A stretch of DNA of 64,000 bases, taken from IMG/VR virus record IMGVR_UViG_3300023174_000038, positions 186,001 through 250,000 of that record, one strand, 5' to 3'. The position numbers and the translations under genes are program-made. Within the stretch, counting starts at the first letter, position 1. The number at the start of each line of letters is the position of its first letter. Below are positions 25,309 through 36,053 of this stretch, piece after piece. The notes below the pieces were generated by a model that was given only the letters and a program-made list of their open reading frames with translations, had not been told where the DNA came from and ran no database searches.

Positions 25309-26040
25309 ATGAAATCCTACATAACATTATTGTTGGCAATAATTGCCTCAATTTCGGCCATGGCTCAGGACTATGATATTAGTGATACTATAATTAATAG
25401 TTCACATTTAAGATCAACCTATTATACAAAAAGTTCATTTTTTGATTCCGGTACTGATTTTGATACATTTATTAAAACAGTTGATAAAACAAAACCAACA
25501 GTCATTCATTCGCATGGCTGTTCAGGTATTTGGGGTGATGATACTACATTAAAAAATTTCTATACAGGGTTAGGCTTTAACTTTGTAATGCTTAATTTTC
25601 ACAAGAGAGGTGATGCAAGTGCATCATGTTCATCCTCCGGAGGATTTAGTTATCACGCAGATCCCTATAAACGAATACCACCTAGATTATTGGAATTAGT
25701 AAACCACATAAATGTTCTTAAAGCCAATGGAATAACTACCATATATGCGACTGGTCACAGTGAAGGTGGAATGGTAGTACAATTATTGCAGGACGAAGTG
25801 TCAAAGGCCATCATTCATTCTATGAGTTGTGTACCTCTTATAGAAAATGAGCGTAATGCCAAAGTACAATATTTACATTTGGTTTCACGGAATGATCCAT
25901 TATTAACCCGACCCGGAGTTAGTCATATATGTACAAATCGTAACAATTATACAACCGTTACCTCATCCGTACGGTCACATTCAGCACTAGCAGACCCATC
26001 CTGGGAATCAAAAATTAAAGAATTTTTAAATGTAAAATAA
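25309..26040 (+). CDS. Secreted alpha/beta hydrolase
   Basis: Signal peptide, HGC, GHSEGG nucleophile elbow, downstream D and H. Confidence 0.75.
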   Translation: MKSYITLLLAIIASISAMAQDYDISDTIINSSHLRSTYYTKSSFFDSGTDFDTFIKTVDKTKPTVIHSHGCSGIWGDDTTLKNFYTGLGFNFVMLNFHKRGDASASCSSSGGFSYHADPYKRIPPRLLELVNHINVLKANGITTIYATGHSEGGMVVQLLQDEVSKAIIHSMSCVPLIENERNAKVQYLHLVSRNDPLLTRPGVSHICTNRNNYTTVTSSVRSHSALADPSWESKIKEFLNVK

Positions 26041-26049
26041 CACCAAAAT

Positions 26050-26078
26050 TTGACAATAAATGGATTTGGTGCTACAAT
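26050..26078 (+). promoter_or_regulatory. Early promoter repeat
   Basis: TTGACAATAAATGGATTTGGTGCTACAAT. Confidence 0.8.
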
Positions 26079-26109
26079 ACTTATATTGAATCATTAAAAG
26101 GAAACAAAA

Positions 26110-26334
26110 ATGTCACTTAAACAAAAAGCATTACTTCAAACACTGGCCATCATTGTCGGAACCGTACTAGGATCAGTACTAATTGCATATCTTATTTCTG
26201 TACTTGATAGAGATACTTTAGTATACATTACTGGTACAGCATTTTTCGGATTTATGTTTTATTCTATTTATGGGCTTGTTTTGAGCAGGCTTGAGTCTAA
26301 AGAAACTTTGGATAAATTGTCATCCAAAATTTGA
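26110..26334 (+). CDS. Small membrane protein
   Basis: Two TM segments; stop lies inside the next TTGACA. Confidence 0.6.
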   Translation: MSLKQKALLQTLAIIVGTVLGSVLIAYLISVLDRDTLVYITGTAFFGFMFYSIYGLVLSRLESKETLDKLSSKI

Positions 26335-26359
26335 CATTAAATGGTTTTGGTGCTATAAT
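26331..26359 (+). promoter_or_regulatory. Early promoter repeat
   Basis: TTGACATTAAATGGTTTTGGTGCTATAAT. Confidence 0.8.
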
Positions 26360-26388
26360 AGAGTCTTATTCAGTCAAAAGGAGTTCTT

Positions 26389-26664
26389 ATGAACATTAAG
26401 CAAATTAATACTGCTATCATGCAGGGTGATCTTACTAATGAAGAATTGAACAGTATCAATGATGCTATTCGTTTTGCTCGTGCCCAACTAGTGGTACGAA
26501 ACAAATCGGCATTGACGATTGGATCCAATGTTAAATTTACTAGTTCAACCCGTGGTACAATCTCTGGTGTTGTAAAGAAAATCAATCGTAAATTTGTAAT
26601 TGTAGATCAACCGGGTCAGTTCCGTAGTTGGAGAGTGCCCGCTAACATGTTGGAGGTTTTATGA
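26389..26664 (+). CDS. Hypothetical protein, SH3-like C-terminus
   Basis: AAGGAG SD; IGSNVKF...GVVKKINRK...WRVPANML. Confidence 0.65.
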   Translation: MNIKQINTAIMQGDLTNEELNSINDAIRFARAQLVVRNKSALTIGSNVKFTSSTRGTISGVVKKINRKFVIVDQPGQFRSWRVPANMLEVL

Positions 26665-26834
26665 GTTATTTTGTCGGAATCGTTATCGTTATTGCCCTCG
26701 TTGCAATTGGCCCGTTACTGACTATTTGGTCGTTGAACGTATTGTTCCCGGCATTAGCTATTAAGTACTCATTAGAGTCTTGGTTAGCTGTAGTAATTTT
26801 AGGTGGATTGTTTAAAGTAGGAAAAACAAAATGA
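26661..26834 (+). CDS. Small membrane protein
   Basis: MSYFVGIVIVIALVAIGPLL...; GGAGG SD. Confidence 0.55.
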   Translation: MSYFVGIVIVIALVAIGPLLTIWSLNVLFPALAIKYSLESWLAVVILGGLFKVGKTK

Positions 26835-26992
26835 GTGATTTGGAAATTGATATCGTTGAAATGTTGGGTCAAGGCACACACCCTGCAACTATCTCCGCTG
26901 TACTTGAAGTGCCTGTCACTTGGGTTTATGAAGTGTCCGATTCCTTACAGGATAGGGAACTGTTTAGCCCGTACAAAACAGTCAACTCCTAA
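26831..26992 (+). CDS. Small HTH-like protein
   Basis: MSDLEIDIVEMLGQGTHPATISAVLEVPVTWVYEV... Confidence 0.55.
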   Translation: MSDLEIDIVEMLGQGTHPATISAVLEVPVTWVYEVSDSLQDRELFSPYKTVNS

Positions 26993-26994
26993 AT

Positions 26995-27051
26995 TTGACA
27001 ATAAATGGATTTGGTGCTATAATAGAATCTTAGACAGTTAAACAAAGGACT
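26995..27051 (+). repeat. Promoter-leader cassette repeat
   Basis: TTGACAATAAATGG...TATAATAGAATCTTAGACAGTTAAACAAAGGACT; near-identical copies at 47-48.7 kb. Confidence 0.85.
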
Positions 27052-27056
27052 AACAA

Positions 27057-27470
27057 ATGGCTTACATGAATCAGGAACGCAAAGCAAAGATTACACAAGC
27101 ACTTAAGCCTATCTTGGCTAAGTACAAGGTTAAAGGATCTTTGTCGGTTCGTAATCACATGACCATCGTATTGACCCTCAAATCCGGTGCTATTGACTTT
27201 ATTGGCAATAGCAACAAGGTTTGTGGCAATGATTTTTATCAAGTGGCTCGTGGGTTCAAACCCAATACAAATGGATACGATCAGGTGAATCAATATTGGT
27301 TCCAGGATCACTATGATGGTGTTGCTAAGGAATTCTTGACCGAGGCATTTCAGGCGTTAAAAGCTGCCGATTGGTATGACGAATCGGATGCAATGACAGA
27401 TTATTTTAACACGGCATACTATGTTGATGTTAACATTGGCAAATGGAACAGTCCATATATTGTTCAATGA
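27057..27470 (+). CDS. Hypothetical early protein
   Basis: ORF directly behind cassette promoter and SD. Confidence 0.75.
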   Translation: MAYMNQERKAKITQALKPILAKYKVKGSLSVRNHMTIVLTLKSGAIDFIGNSNKVCGNDFYQVARGFKPNTNGYDQVNQYWFQDHYDGVAKEFLTEAFQALKAADWYDESDAMTDYFNTAYYVDVNIGKWNSPYIVQ

Positions 27471-27584
27471 ATCAAATAATGGGTAACACAATGGTTGACA
27501 ACAAATGGCTATTGTGTTATCATTATATCAGTGCTGAGTGATATCAGTACATTTTTAAACTTAGCTTTTTTTAAAGGAAACATA

Positions 27585-27965
27585 ATGGCTAATTCTAATC
27601 AAACTTTCAAAGTCGCTGGTATTACTATTCACAATGGTAACGCTAAAGTTCGTTTCACAGATGACATGGTCCGTCGTATTAAGCAATTCACTAAAGGTGG
27701 TGCTAGTCGTGTAGACTTTGTTGAGTTGCCGTCAGAAATGACAAAAGTAGAAGCATTAAAGTATCTTGCAACACTTCCTGAGTTTGCTAGTGCGTCAGAT
27801 CAGGCAACTATTGCTGATACACTTGAAGATAAAACAAAAGAAGCAAGTAAAGGTGAAGTTAAAGTAAAAGCTTCTAAATCAAAGCCTAGCATTGATGCTA
27901 TCAAAGCTCGTGCTAAAAAAGCAAAAGTGTCCGCAGAAGATGTATTGTCTGCTATTGCTGAATAA
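27585..27965 (+). CDS. Hypothetical protein
   Basis: AAAGGA SD before ATG 27585. Confidence 0.7.
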   Translation: MANSNQTFKVAGITIHNGNAKVRFTDDMVRRIKQFTKGGASRVDFVELPSEMTKVEALKYLATLPEFASASDQATIADTLEDKTKEASKGEVKVKASKSKPSIDAIKARAKKAKVSAEDVLSAIAE

Positions 27966-27990
27966 TTAACAGGGCTTCGGCCCTACAAAT

Positions 27991-28203
27991 ATGAACCTAA
28001 ATCTATCTACATTCCGTCGCTCGTTTAACCCTCGTAGAGAATTTAATCCTGCAGATAGAAAAGATTTGCTGGAATTCAAATTTTTTAAGAAGCATGGTAA
28101 ATGGAAAACAGGTTGTCCATTCTTTCTTGAGGATCCATTTGTTGAGATTCCGGCAATGTGTGAAAACAAATTCACAACTTATATGCTAGAGAAGATGAAA
28201 TAA
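27991..28203 (+). CDS. Hypothetical protein
   Basis: WKTGCPFFLE. Confidence 0.6.
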   Translation: MNLNLSTFRRSFNPRREFNPADRKDLLEFKFFKKHGKWKTGCPFFLEDPFVEIPAMCENKFTTYMLEKMK

Positions 28204-28205
28204 AT

Positions 28206-28230
28206 AAAGCCCCTTAATTGGGGCTTTTTT
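28206..28230. terminator. Bidirectional terminator
   Basis: AAAGCCCC-TTAATT-GGGGCTTTTT between convergent genes. Confidence 0.8.
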
Positions 28231-29065
28231 ACGGATTGTTAACAGATTTGATAACCCAATAGTCACTACTCATATCAGGTTTAATTACGTCAAATGGCAT
28301 ATAAAAATAACCTCTATCACCCCAAGCTTCTCCCCAGCTATTTCTGACAATAAACACTTTTTTAGTTTTGTCATATCCAACAAGTAATACAGCATGTCCG
28401 CCTAATAGCTTTTCACGTTTTTTATTTGGATAAGGCATATTACCAGTTCTAGCAACAGTAGCTGACATGAAACTTTCATACACATAGAAGCCCATCACAA
28501 CTGGATAGCCGTTCGTTAATGCGTCAATACATCCATTAAAATCTTCCACTCTTTCGTATCGTGTTACTTTACGATTCAATGCGTCACTCTTTGCCTCATT
28601 GATTGGTTCTTGTTTAAACTTATTAATATTATATGGCCAATAAGTTTCTAAACTAACACCATACTTGTTTGTAGCTTTGATTCCATCACGTATGAATGCA
28701 CCGCTATCATAGTTAATCGTGCCCATTATTAATCGTTCATAGTAGTATATAAACAATCTACTAACATCAGTTGGTTTACCATTACGTTTGTTTAGTAGTT
28801 CTATTGCACCTGCGATAGATTGACCGGTACAGCTACCTAGTGTACCTTGATTCTCAATCGGGCTACAATGACTTCTTAAATCAACAATGTCAATAACTGT
28901 TTTCTGTGTTATTTGATATTTGTAATCTCTGTGGTCTAGTTTATCAGCTTTCCATATTAATGAAAATGTGTCAAGTGTCCTAGGTATAACTTTTTTGCTG
29001 ACAGGTGGATTAAAGGTATGATCCTCGTTAGTGTTTATGATTGTGCGTGGATCTTGTTTTGGCAT
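28229..29065 (-). CDS. Papain-like (C1) cysteine peptidase
   Basis: QGTLGSCT, GGHAVLLVGY, RNSWG. Confidence 0.92.
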   Translation of the reverse strand: MPKQDPRTIINTNEDHTFNPPVSKKVIPRTLDTFSLIWKADKLDHRDYKYQITQKTVIDIVDLRSHCSPIENQGTLGSCTGQSIAGAIELLNKRNGKPTDVSRLFIYYYERLIMGTINYDSGAFIRDGIKATNKYGVSLETYWPYNINKFKQEPINEAKSDALNRKVTRYERVEDFNGCIDALTNGYPVVMGFYVYESFMSATVARTGNMPYPNKKREKLLGGHAVLLVGYDKTKKVFIVRNSWGEAWGDRGYFYMPFDVIKPDMSSDYWVIKSVNNP

Positions 29066-29074
29066 AATTTTCCT

Positions 29075-29746
29075 TTATTGTAAATCAAATAAAATTATTT
29101 CAGATTCATTTGTATTGGTTATTGTGATGATTGATTCTTCACTAAAACTTAAACCATCACCTTCAATTAATTCTATATTATTTATTGTTATTGTCCCTGT
29201 AATGATATACATATAGTATTTGCGTGTAGGGTCTATGTTGTATGTGTAATCATTTGTAAAAATACCGGCTAGTAGTTTGGCATCTTGTTTGATTGGGAGT
29301 TTCTCTGTAATATTACAGAACTTGTTTAGTTTATCTTCACGTGTAAACTGATACCAGTTGTGTCTTGGTTCAGTATCAAACAGATTAGGTCTAATCCAAA
29401 GTTGTAGATAACGATTAGGTGTGTCTGCGGTATTGCCTTCAGTATGACTTATACCTTTACCTGCACTCATTCGTTGAACACCACCGGCCGGTACTTCAAC
29501 ATCATTTCCTAAACTATCTACATGATGACTACTACCTTCTACAACATAACCAAATATTTCCATGTTCTTATGTTCATGCCAAGGCACTTGCCAAGCATAC
29601 TGAACACGGTCGTCATTGATAGTTTGAAGGTCACTAAAGTTCATATAGCGAGCATCAAAGTAACTTGGGAAGCTAAACGTCCTGTAACTGTTTATAAAAT
29701 CTGCTCTAGGATTGCCCCTGGTGTCAGCTGGTCGGTGAACAATCAT
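29075..29746 (-). CDS. Pirin family protein
   Basis: TFSF..YFD, INDDRV, HEHKNME, H.DSLGN, MSAG.GISHTE, LQLWI. Confidence 0.9.
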   Translation of the reverse strand: MIVHRPADTRGNPRADFINSYRTFSFPSYFDARYMNFSDLQTINDDRVQYAWQVPWHEHKNMEIFGYVVEGSSHHVDSLGNDVEVPAGGVQRMSAGKGISHTEGNTADTPNRYLQLWIRPNLFDTEPRHNWYQFTREDKLNKFCNITEKLPIKQDAKLLAGIFTNDYTYNIDPTRKYYMYIITGTITINNIELIEGDGLSFSEESIITITNTNESEIILFDLQ

Positions 29747-30286
29747 TTAGCACCATTGGTTTCCGTTGACAATGAGTGGTTTGATTACGGTAAATGTAGC
29801 AGGTAAGTTCCAAGTGCCTGCCAATGTGTAAATTGGACCGTTGAAGTAATTGGTTCCAGAAGTTTGCCAGATAGGATTACCGGTATCAACCACACCCATA
29901 TTCAAAAATACGTTATTGTCGCCGTAGTCATAAAGACACATAATAACCACACCAGAGGCAAGTGTGCTACCGGCTCCCCAGGTAACATCGAACATATAAG
30001 CATTAGTATCAGGATTCAATCCATTACTAGCCCAGTACGCACGAATCTCAGCAAGTTTGGCAGGACTACCGCCGTTGTTTAAACTTAAACTAGGAGTCCA
30101 AACTGCTTCTCCTGGCCCACTTTGTCCAGTAGTAGTAAATCCTGTATTACCGTTAGGGGTTATATAGGTTCCTCCATAGGAAACAGTAAAGTCTGTTGAA
30201 CTTAGTGAGAATGATGCAACGGGTGTACCGGCGCCAATTACTATTCCGCCACCGACGTTTATTCCGTTTTCTATTACTATTGCCAT
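29747..30286 (-). CDS. Probable virion accessory protein
   Basis: Gly/Thr-rich; N-terminal IENGINVGGGIVIG. Confidence 0.55.
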   Translation of the reverse strand: MAIVIENGINVGGGIVIGAGTPVASFSLSSTDFTVSYGGTYITPNGNTGFTTTGQSGPGEAVWTPSLSLNNGGSPAKLAEIRAYWASNGLNPDTNAYMFDVTWGAGSTLASGVVIMCLYDYGDNNVFLNMGVVDTGNPIWQTSGTNYFNGPIYTLAGTWNLPATFTVIKPLIVNGNQWC

Positions 30287-30311
30287 GTTATATCCTTTTG
30301 TTTATTTATCT

Positions 30312-31022
30312 TCATACACCATACCTAGTTCTTATGGTTGTGTAATTTGATTGAATCTCTGTTGATGATAAAGCACGATTGTAAATTAATGCCTGACCAA
30401 TGTTGCCCTTTAAGGTTTCAGTTCCGCCGACATTGGTAGCACCAACTTGTAGTAGACTTGATGATACATTGAGTCCACTGGCAGCGGCTGACGCAACTTG
30501 TGTGCCGTTGACCCAAATTTTTCTAGTAGTTCCGTCCCATTGCGCTACAATATTAACCCACTGTGATGCAGGACTGACTGTGCTGGTTGCGGCTAGATCG
30601 TTAGTATACCAGTAGTTTATTAAAGTATTTGTACCAGTGGTTCTAAGTTGATTGGTTTGATTAACAATACTTGAATTACCTATGCCAATCATGCCCCCAA
30701 AAGTGGGCCAAGTGCCTGTGGGCCACTGAACCCATACGCTCATAGTATATGCACTTGTGCCTATAGGAATACCTGTAGTGGTTGCTTTGTTAAAATAGCC
30801 GTTGCTAGACAAAGTAAAGTATCCACCGCCCGAACTAGTATATGAGATATTGCCAGAGTTCTGCATTACAACATTGTTGTTTTGCCCGCTTAGATCATAC
30901 CAAGTGGTACCTGAACCCGCATAACTTGCAGATACGGCTGCATCAAGATACAATTGTAGTCCACTAGATACAATACTATCAATTACAGTTACGCCTTTAA
31001 GAGTTACACCTTGTATTATCAT
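30312..31022 (-). CDS. LamG / concanavalin A-like lectin domain protein
   Basis: GLQLYLDA..SY.GSGTTWYDLSG...IYNRALSSTEI. Confidence 0.85.
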   Translation of the reverse strand: MIIQGVTLKGVTVIDSIVSSGLQLYLDAAVSASYAGSGTTWYDLSGQNNNVVMQNSGNISYTSSGGGYFTLSSNGYFNKATTTGIPIGTSAYTMSVWVQWPTGTWPTFGGMIGIGNSSIVNQTNQLRTTGTNTLINYWYTNDLAATSTVSPASQWVNIVAQWDGTTRKIWVNGTQVASAAASGLNVSSSLLQVGATNVGGTETLKGNIGQALIYNRALSSTEIQSNYTTIRTRYGV

Positions 31023-31032
31023 AGTTGATCCA

Positions 31033-34000
31033 TTAACTGATTGCTATCCAACCGTAACGAACAGTGACATTACCGCCGCTAGTGTTGTTGATGCCAAAGT
31101 CAAATCTATTAGTAGTTGCACTTGGAGCGGTATTACTACGAACTATGGCATTTGCTGTACCTACAAACTGATTGGGTATACTGGTAAAGTCTATGGGTGT
31201 GCCACCACCGTTGTAGACCCAGGCATACTGAGCACCCACAACAGGCACATTGGTGTTGGTAACAGTGGCTGTGGCATTCCAAACCAAGATACCATTGGGG
31301 ATATTGCAATCAACCCACATTTGATAAGTCTCGCTGGAACCCACAGTAAAACTCTGGGTGCTGTTGCCTGTAGGCACCGTCCAAGTGCCTGAAAACCGTG
31401 TGACCGCATCCACCGGTGTGTTGTTGGCATAGTTTACGGCAAATGTGTTGCCAGGCAACTTCAAGTTGCCGGTGTTGTCAAATGTCCAATTGTATGAGCC
31501 GGCTACCAAGGTTACATTTGATTGTGTACCAACAATGTTACCAGCTACATTTACAGTTACATTGGTTAATGCCGCACCATTACCAACAAAGTTTCCTGAT
31601 GTAGTAATATTACCTGTGGCGCTTAATTGTCCAGCAGTGTTTACATTACCACTAATGTTTGCAGTACCTGTGATATTAGCACCAGTACCGGTTATTGTCA
31701 TTGTAGTGTTACCAACAGCCGCTATAGTTACATTACCATTAGCAGTTGCGATATTGACATTACTATTACCATTAGCTATTCTTGCTACATTACCGGTCCA
31801 CGCTGTATTTTGTACAGTAGAATCAGGGAATTTAATAGTTGCACCAGCACGTGATAACTCAAAAGAATTATTAGCATGTGATATTCTACCAAATATATTA
31901 CCTGTTAAGAATCCACCTGTACCAAAGATAATGTCTTTTGTTGTACCTTGACTTCCTGTTGCTAATATTAAATTACCACCTTTGGGTCCTGTAATAAGTT
32001 GTCCAGGAGCATATGATTCTACGAATAAATATCCATCTCCTGGGCCTGTAATAGTATAATTGGCATCACCAAATCCACCACTAGTAAAGCCCATATCAGC
32101 CCAACCACCAGTATCATCACCAAGACGACCTTGTGCTACCCAGTCTGCACTACCGTTGTCAGATACATTATTAATAACAGCTTGTATATAAGCATTATGA
32201 TTGCTACTTGCAATCATTACTGCATGTTCTAATCCAGCCAATGTGTTAGCACCTGGACCAATATAGATAGTGTTACCACCTAATACAACTGTATCCGGAG
32301 CATAGAATGTTCCATCTTGGGCAAATATAAAATCATGCACACCTGCATTTGCGTATATAGTAAAGTTAGCACTAGCTGGACCTATTAAATCGCCGGGCAC
32401 TGATAAGTTACCATCTGTTCCAAATGTCCACATAGCAGTATTACTATTACCATCATTACTGTTGATAACAACATTACCTGTATTTGCTAACTTAACATAT
32501 AAGTTATCACTACCTAAGAACAACTCTGTTTCATACAAGTTGCCACTTGTCATATGTATATGGTCACCGTCATTCGCTGTTGGATATATTAATAACTGTT
32601 GATTGGCAGTAGTTCCACCTGCTGGTTTTAAAGCAATAGCACTACCACTAAGTGATTGGTCTGGAATGTTAGTTTCATAAACAACACTATTTAATGGCAA
32701 GGTCAAGTTACCAGTAGTATCAAAGTTCCAAGTCTTTGTGCCACTGACATTACCTGCCTGTATGGCCACATTGCCGCCCTGTAAAACAGCAATATTGGCT
32801 TCTTCATCTGTACCTAAAATCAAATTAGCACCAGCGGCACCGGCTGCCATATGTATATCCGCGGCCCCGGTCAAGTAAATATTTACATATGCGGCAGCAT
32901 CAGCAGGGTCTGGTTGTAGTTTTAAGTTACCGTCACCGATAATATTGATATCATTGAATGTAACATTGCCTGTATTACCACCGATTGATACTTGAGTACC
33001 ATTAGCATAGTTAACTGCAAATGTATTACTTGGTAGTGTTAGGTTACCGCTAGCGCCAAATGACCATGTCTGTACAGATTGGCTATTTCCAATATTACCT
33101 GCTAGTAAATTAACATTACCATAAGTATTATATAATGCTACTGCATTACCATCTCCCTGTACAGGAATTGACATTCCGGCAGTTTGACCATTACCTAAAT
33201 CTGAATTGTTTACAACAACACCAGTATTAGAATAAATGACCGTGTCATCAAAACCTATATTACCTGTGTTAGCACCACCTGCTACTGCCGCAAATACTCC
33301 GTTGCCGTATAATACATTGCTACTATTACCAGTTAAGTTAATGTTAGCAATGTTGCCTATGTTAGTAGCAATAATATTACCTACTGTAACATTAGCATTG
33401 ATAGAAATATTTCCAGCCGTATTAGCTACAAGGGTTACACCGTTATTAAAGCGAATATCTGCTTGTTTGAATTTAGAAGTAGTAACTCCTCCCAAATTTA
33501 AACTAATAAATTGCAAGTCTAATCCGTAATTAAATCCTGAATTAGGGGTTGAATTTTTCATACTTACAGCATAGGCTGCATTTGCAGTAGTTAATCCACC
33601 GTCACCATCTAAATATGCAACAACAGCACCATCTGCTGTTGTAGTTTGATCACCCACTACACCAAGTACGCCTGCTTTAATAAACTCACTAGCATTAGTA
33701 CCGGTAACTAAATATTGACCAGTTACACCTGTAACATAGTTACGTGTTTGAGTTAAATTACTACCTGTCACTCGTCCGCGAATAGCTTGTGCGCTAGCCG
33801 GATCTGATGAGGAGTTACTACCAAATGTAGAATCAACATTAAGAACTGATTTTGTGGCTACAGTTGCACCGCCACCTACAATGTTAGCTACTCCGGAAAC
33901 ATTGGCAAACGGTGTAGCAAATACGCCAGTTGTTTTGTCAAACGTAAATCCTGTATTACCACCAAATGCCCCCACATCATTAAATTGAATTTGTGTATTA

Positions 34001-34425
34001 GTGCCACTTGGTATACCGTTTCCACCAGAAACAGTTGTCCAACTTAAATTACCACTACCATTTGTAGTTAATGTTTGACCATTACTACCACCTGTTATAT
34101 GTAAATTAGCTACCGCTCCTAATGTTACATTAGCAGTATTACTAAAGTTAACAACACCGGTTGCATTACTTACAGTCAAGCCAGTTAAATTACCTATGCT
34201 TGTTATATTTGGTTGTGCATTAGTTGTTACTGTATTTGCTGTTGTAGCTTTGGCAGCCGCAACATAATTTCCACCAGCACCTGCAAGTACTAAATTAGCA
34301 ATATTAGCCATAACAGTTTTCTGTGTTGTAGGCGTACCCGACATATTAACTACTGGTAGTACTGTAGAACTTGCTAAGTTTGCACCAATGTCTACTAATT
34401 CTGTAATTTTAATTGTTGTTGTCAT
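31033..34425 (-). CDS. Long tail fibre-like protein
   Basis: 1130 aa, Asn/Gly/Thr-rich, repeated W.F...GNL.LP modules. Confidence 0.75.
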   Translation of the reverse strand: MTTTIKITELVDIGANLASSTVLPVVNMSGTPTTQKTVMANIANLVLAGAGGNYVAAAKATTANTVTTNAQPNITSIGNLTGLTVSNATGVVNFSNTANVTLGAVANLHITGGSNGQTLTTNGSGNLSWTTVSGGNGIPSGTNTQIQFNDVGAFGGNTGFTFDKTTGVFATPFANVSGVANIVGGGATVATKSVLNVDSTFGSNSSSDPASAQAIRGRVTGSNLTQTRNYVTGVTGQYLVTGTNASEFIKAGVLGVVGDQTTTADGAVVAYLDGDGGLTTANAAYAVSMKNSTPNSGFNYGLDLQFISLNLGGVTTSKFKQADIRFNNGVTLVANTAGNISINANVTVGNIIATNIGNIANINLTGNSSNVLYGNGVFAAVAGGANTGNIGFDDTVIYSNTGVVVNNSDLGNGQTAGMSIPVQGDGNAVALYNTYGNVNLLAGNIGNSQSVQTWSFGASGNLTLPSNTFAVNYANGTQVSIGGNTGNVTFNDINIIGDGNLKLQPDPADAAAYVNIYLTGAADIHMAAGAAGANLILGTDEEANIAVLQGGNVAIQAGNVSGTKTWNFDTTGNLTLPLNSVVYETNIPDQSLSGSAIALKPAGGTTANQQLLIYPTANDGDHIHMTSGNLYETELFLGSDNLYVKLANTGNVVINSNDGNSNTAMWTFGTDGNLSVPGDLIGPASANFTIYANAGVHDFIFAQDGTFYAPDTVVLGGNTIYIGPGANTLAGLEHAVMIASSNHNAYIQAVINNVSDNGSADWVAQGRLGDDTGGWADMGFTSGGFGDANYTITGPGDGYLFVESYAPGQLITGPKGGNLILATGSQGTTKDIIFGTGGFLTGNIFGRISHANNSFELSRAGATIKFPDSTVQNTAWTGNVARIANGNSNVNIATANGNVTIAAVGNTTMTITGTGANITGTANISGNVNTAGQLSATGNITTSGNFVGNGAALTNVTVNVAGNIVGTQSNVTLVAGSYNWTFDNTGNLKLPGNTFAVNYANNTPVDAVTRFSGTWTVPTGNSTQSFTVGSSETYQMWVDCNIPNGILVWNATATVTNTNVPVVGAQYAWVYNGGGTPIDFTSIPNQFVGTANAIVRSNTAPSATTNRFDFGINNTSGGNVTVRYGWIAIS

Positions 34426-34443
34426 TTTTATTTCCTGATATCT

Positions 34444-35061
34444 TTAAGCAAATACTGCACCGTTATTACCTACACAGAACCATTTGCTTGCTATATATTG
34501 TAATGTACATGCGTCGCCGGTATTGCTAAATGTCATTGTGCCTGAACCACCCCATCCTGGATTGGTTACGGTGACAACCATATTGCCACCCGAACTGAAC
34601 ATCATAAACGTTTTAATTTGTCCTGCTGTACCAATAGCTAATGTCGCTGTACTTGCTGTTGTTGTTGTAAAATAACTAGCAGTAACCGCAACATTTACAG
34701 CCGATCCGCTTGATAAATTCTCACTACTATTCAATAACAATTGTCCTGAAACACTTACATTTGAGGGTAAATCTACAGTTACTGTTCCTGTAGTTGTTAC
34801 TGGGCTACCGGTAATTGTTAAATTATTACTTGTGAAACTGACGTTAGTTACACCCGTGTTAATTATATCTACTGTGCCTGCAGTACTGTTAGCATTTACT
34901 GTAATTCCGGTGTTTCCGGTAAATGTATCGTATGGGCTAGCATCCGTAAATAGTGTTGCAAAATTGTCTTTTGTCTTATTAAATGCTGTGTATAGGCTGT
35001 CGCTACCCGTAGATTCGTTTTGTAATCCAATATTAATTACTTGTAGTCCTGAAATTGCCAT
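34444..35061 (-). CDS. Baseplate / tail fibre connector-like protein (T4 gp9/gp10-type N-terminus)
   Basis: INIG......GSDSLYTAFNKTKDNF. Confidence 0.6.
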   Translation of the reverse strand: MAISGLQVINIGLQNESTGSDSLYTAFNKTKDNFATLFTDASPYDTFTGNTGITVNANSTAGTVDIINTGVTNVSFTSNNLTITGSPVTTTGTVTVDLPSNVSVSGQLLLNSSENLSSGSAVNVAVTASYFTTTTASTATLAIGTAGQIKTFMMFSSGGNMVVTVTNPGWGGSGTMTFSNTGDACTLQYIASKWFCVGNNGAVFA

Positions 35062-35110
35062 AATTTAATCCTTATTATGTATTTATCAATAAGGACTAAA
35101 TGTAATATCG

Positions 35111-35437
35111 TCAGGATGGACTAAAACTACTCCCGCATCCGCATGTTGTTACCGCATTAGGATTACTGATTTTGAACTGCGAACCGTTCAAATCTTCAAC
35201 ATAATCTATGCTGGCATTCTGTAAATATTGTGCTGATATGCTATCAACCAACATACTTAATGACCCTACAGGTATCTCAAAATCATCTTCATTTTGTTCT
35301 TCATCTATAGTAAAACCATATTGCATTCCACTACATCCTCCACCTTGAACAAATACACGAATTCTAGCTTTTGGATTGTTTTCCTCTGCTAAAATATCAG
35401 CTATCTTTATAGTAGCATTCTCTGTTATTGCTATCAT
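35111..35437 (-). CDS. erpA: Fe-S cluster insertion protein ErpA/IscA
   Basis: [20 protein letters not shown]. Confidence 0.9.
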   Translation of the reverse strand: MIAITENATIKIADILAEENNPKARIRVFVQGGGCSGMQYGFTIDEEQNEDDFEIPVGSLSMLVDSISAQYLQNASIDYVEDLNGSQFKISNPNAVTTCGCGSSFSPS

Positions 35438-35988
35438 AAACTCTTACCCCATCTTGTGTTAATTACATTCCAATTGATGATTTTCCATTGTTCTTTTAGA
35501 TACTTTTGCTTATCACTACCATAATCTAATATCCAGGCATGCTCCCATCTATCAACTAATAACAATATATCATTACGTACTGCATGGTTCTTAATTGTTT
35601 TAATCTTACCATCAGTTGCTAAGTATACCCATCCAGATCCTTCTAACTTCATGAATTCAATTTCAAACTGAGACTTCATATCGTCATATGTTTTATAATG
35701 TTTGTTGATAAAACCTAACATAGGGCCGTTTGGCTTGTTGTTATTTCTAACTTCACGGAATTGTGGGAATAATGTGTTATGCAAGAAAGCACCTGCATAG
35801 TTGAAATCTTTGTCACCCTCACCCTTGTTATAACGTTCGGCATAGCCCTTAGCTAGTTTATCATAATGTAGGTCAAGGGTATCCTGGCTTAAAACAGGTT
35901 TAACCTCACTCGCAGTGAAGTTTAGTGGTATGATTTCTATGTCTTGAGGTTTAGCTTTATCCTCAAGTAATTGAATTATATCTCTCAT
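35434..35988 (-). CDS. Fe/Mn superoxide dismutase
   Basis: LHY, FLHN, GSGWVYL, DRWEHAW. Confidence 0.88.
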   Translation of the reverse strand: MRDIIQLLEDKAKPQDIEIIPLNFTASEVKPVLSQDTLDLHYDKLAKGYAERYNKGEGDKDFNYAGAFLHNTLFPQFREVRNNNKPNGPMLGFINKHYKTYDDMKSQFEIEFMKLEGSGWVYLATDGKIKTIKNHAVRNDILLLVDRWEHAWILDYGSDKQKYLKEQWKIINWNVINTRWGKSL

Positions 35989-36053
35989 ACATATATTTAT
36001 TCATTTTTAATAAAAGGACATAAATAAATTATAAGGAGTGAAATCTAACTATT

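Noticed and set aside
26835-27041. 68-aa ORF
   Set aside because: Wrong frame; 26831-26992 is coupled to the upstream gene and stops before the promoter.
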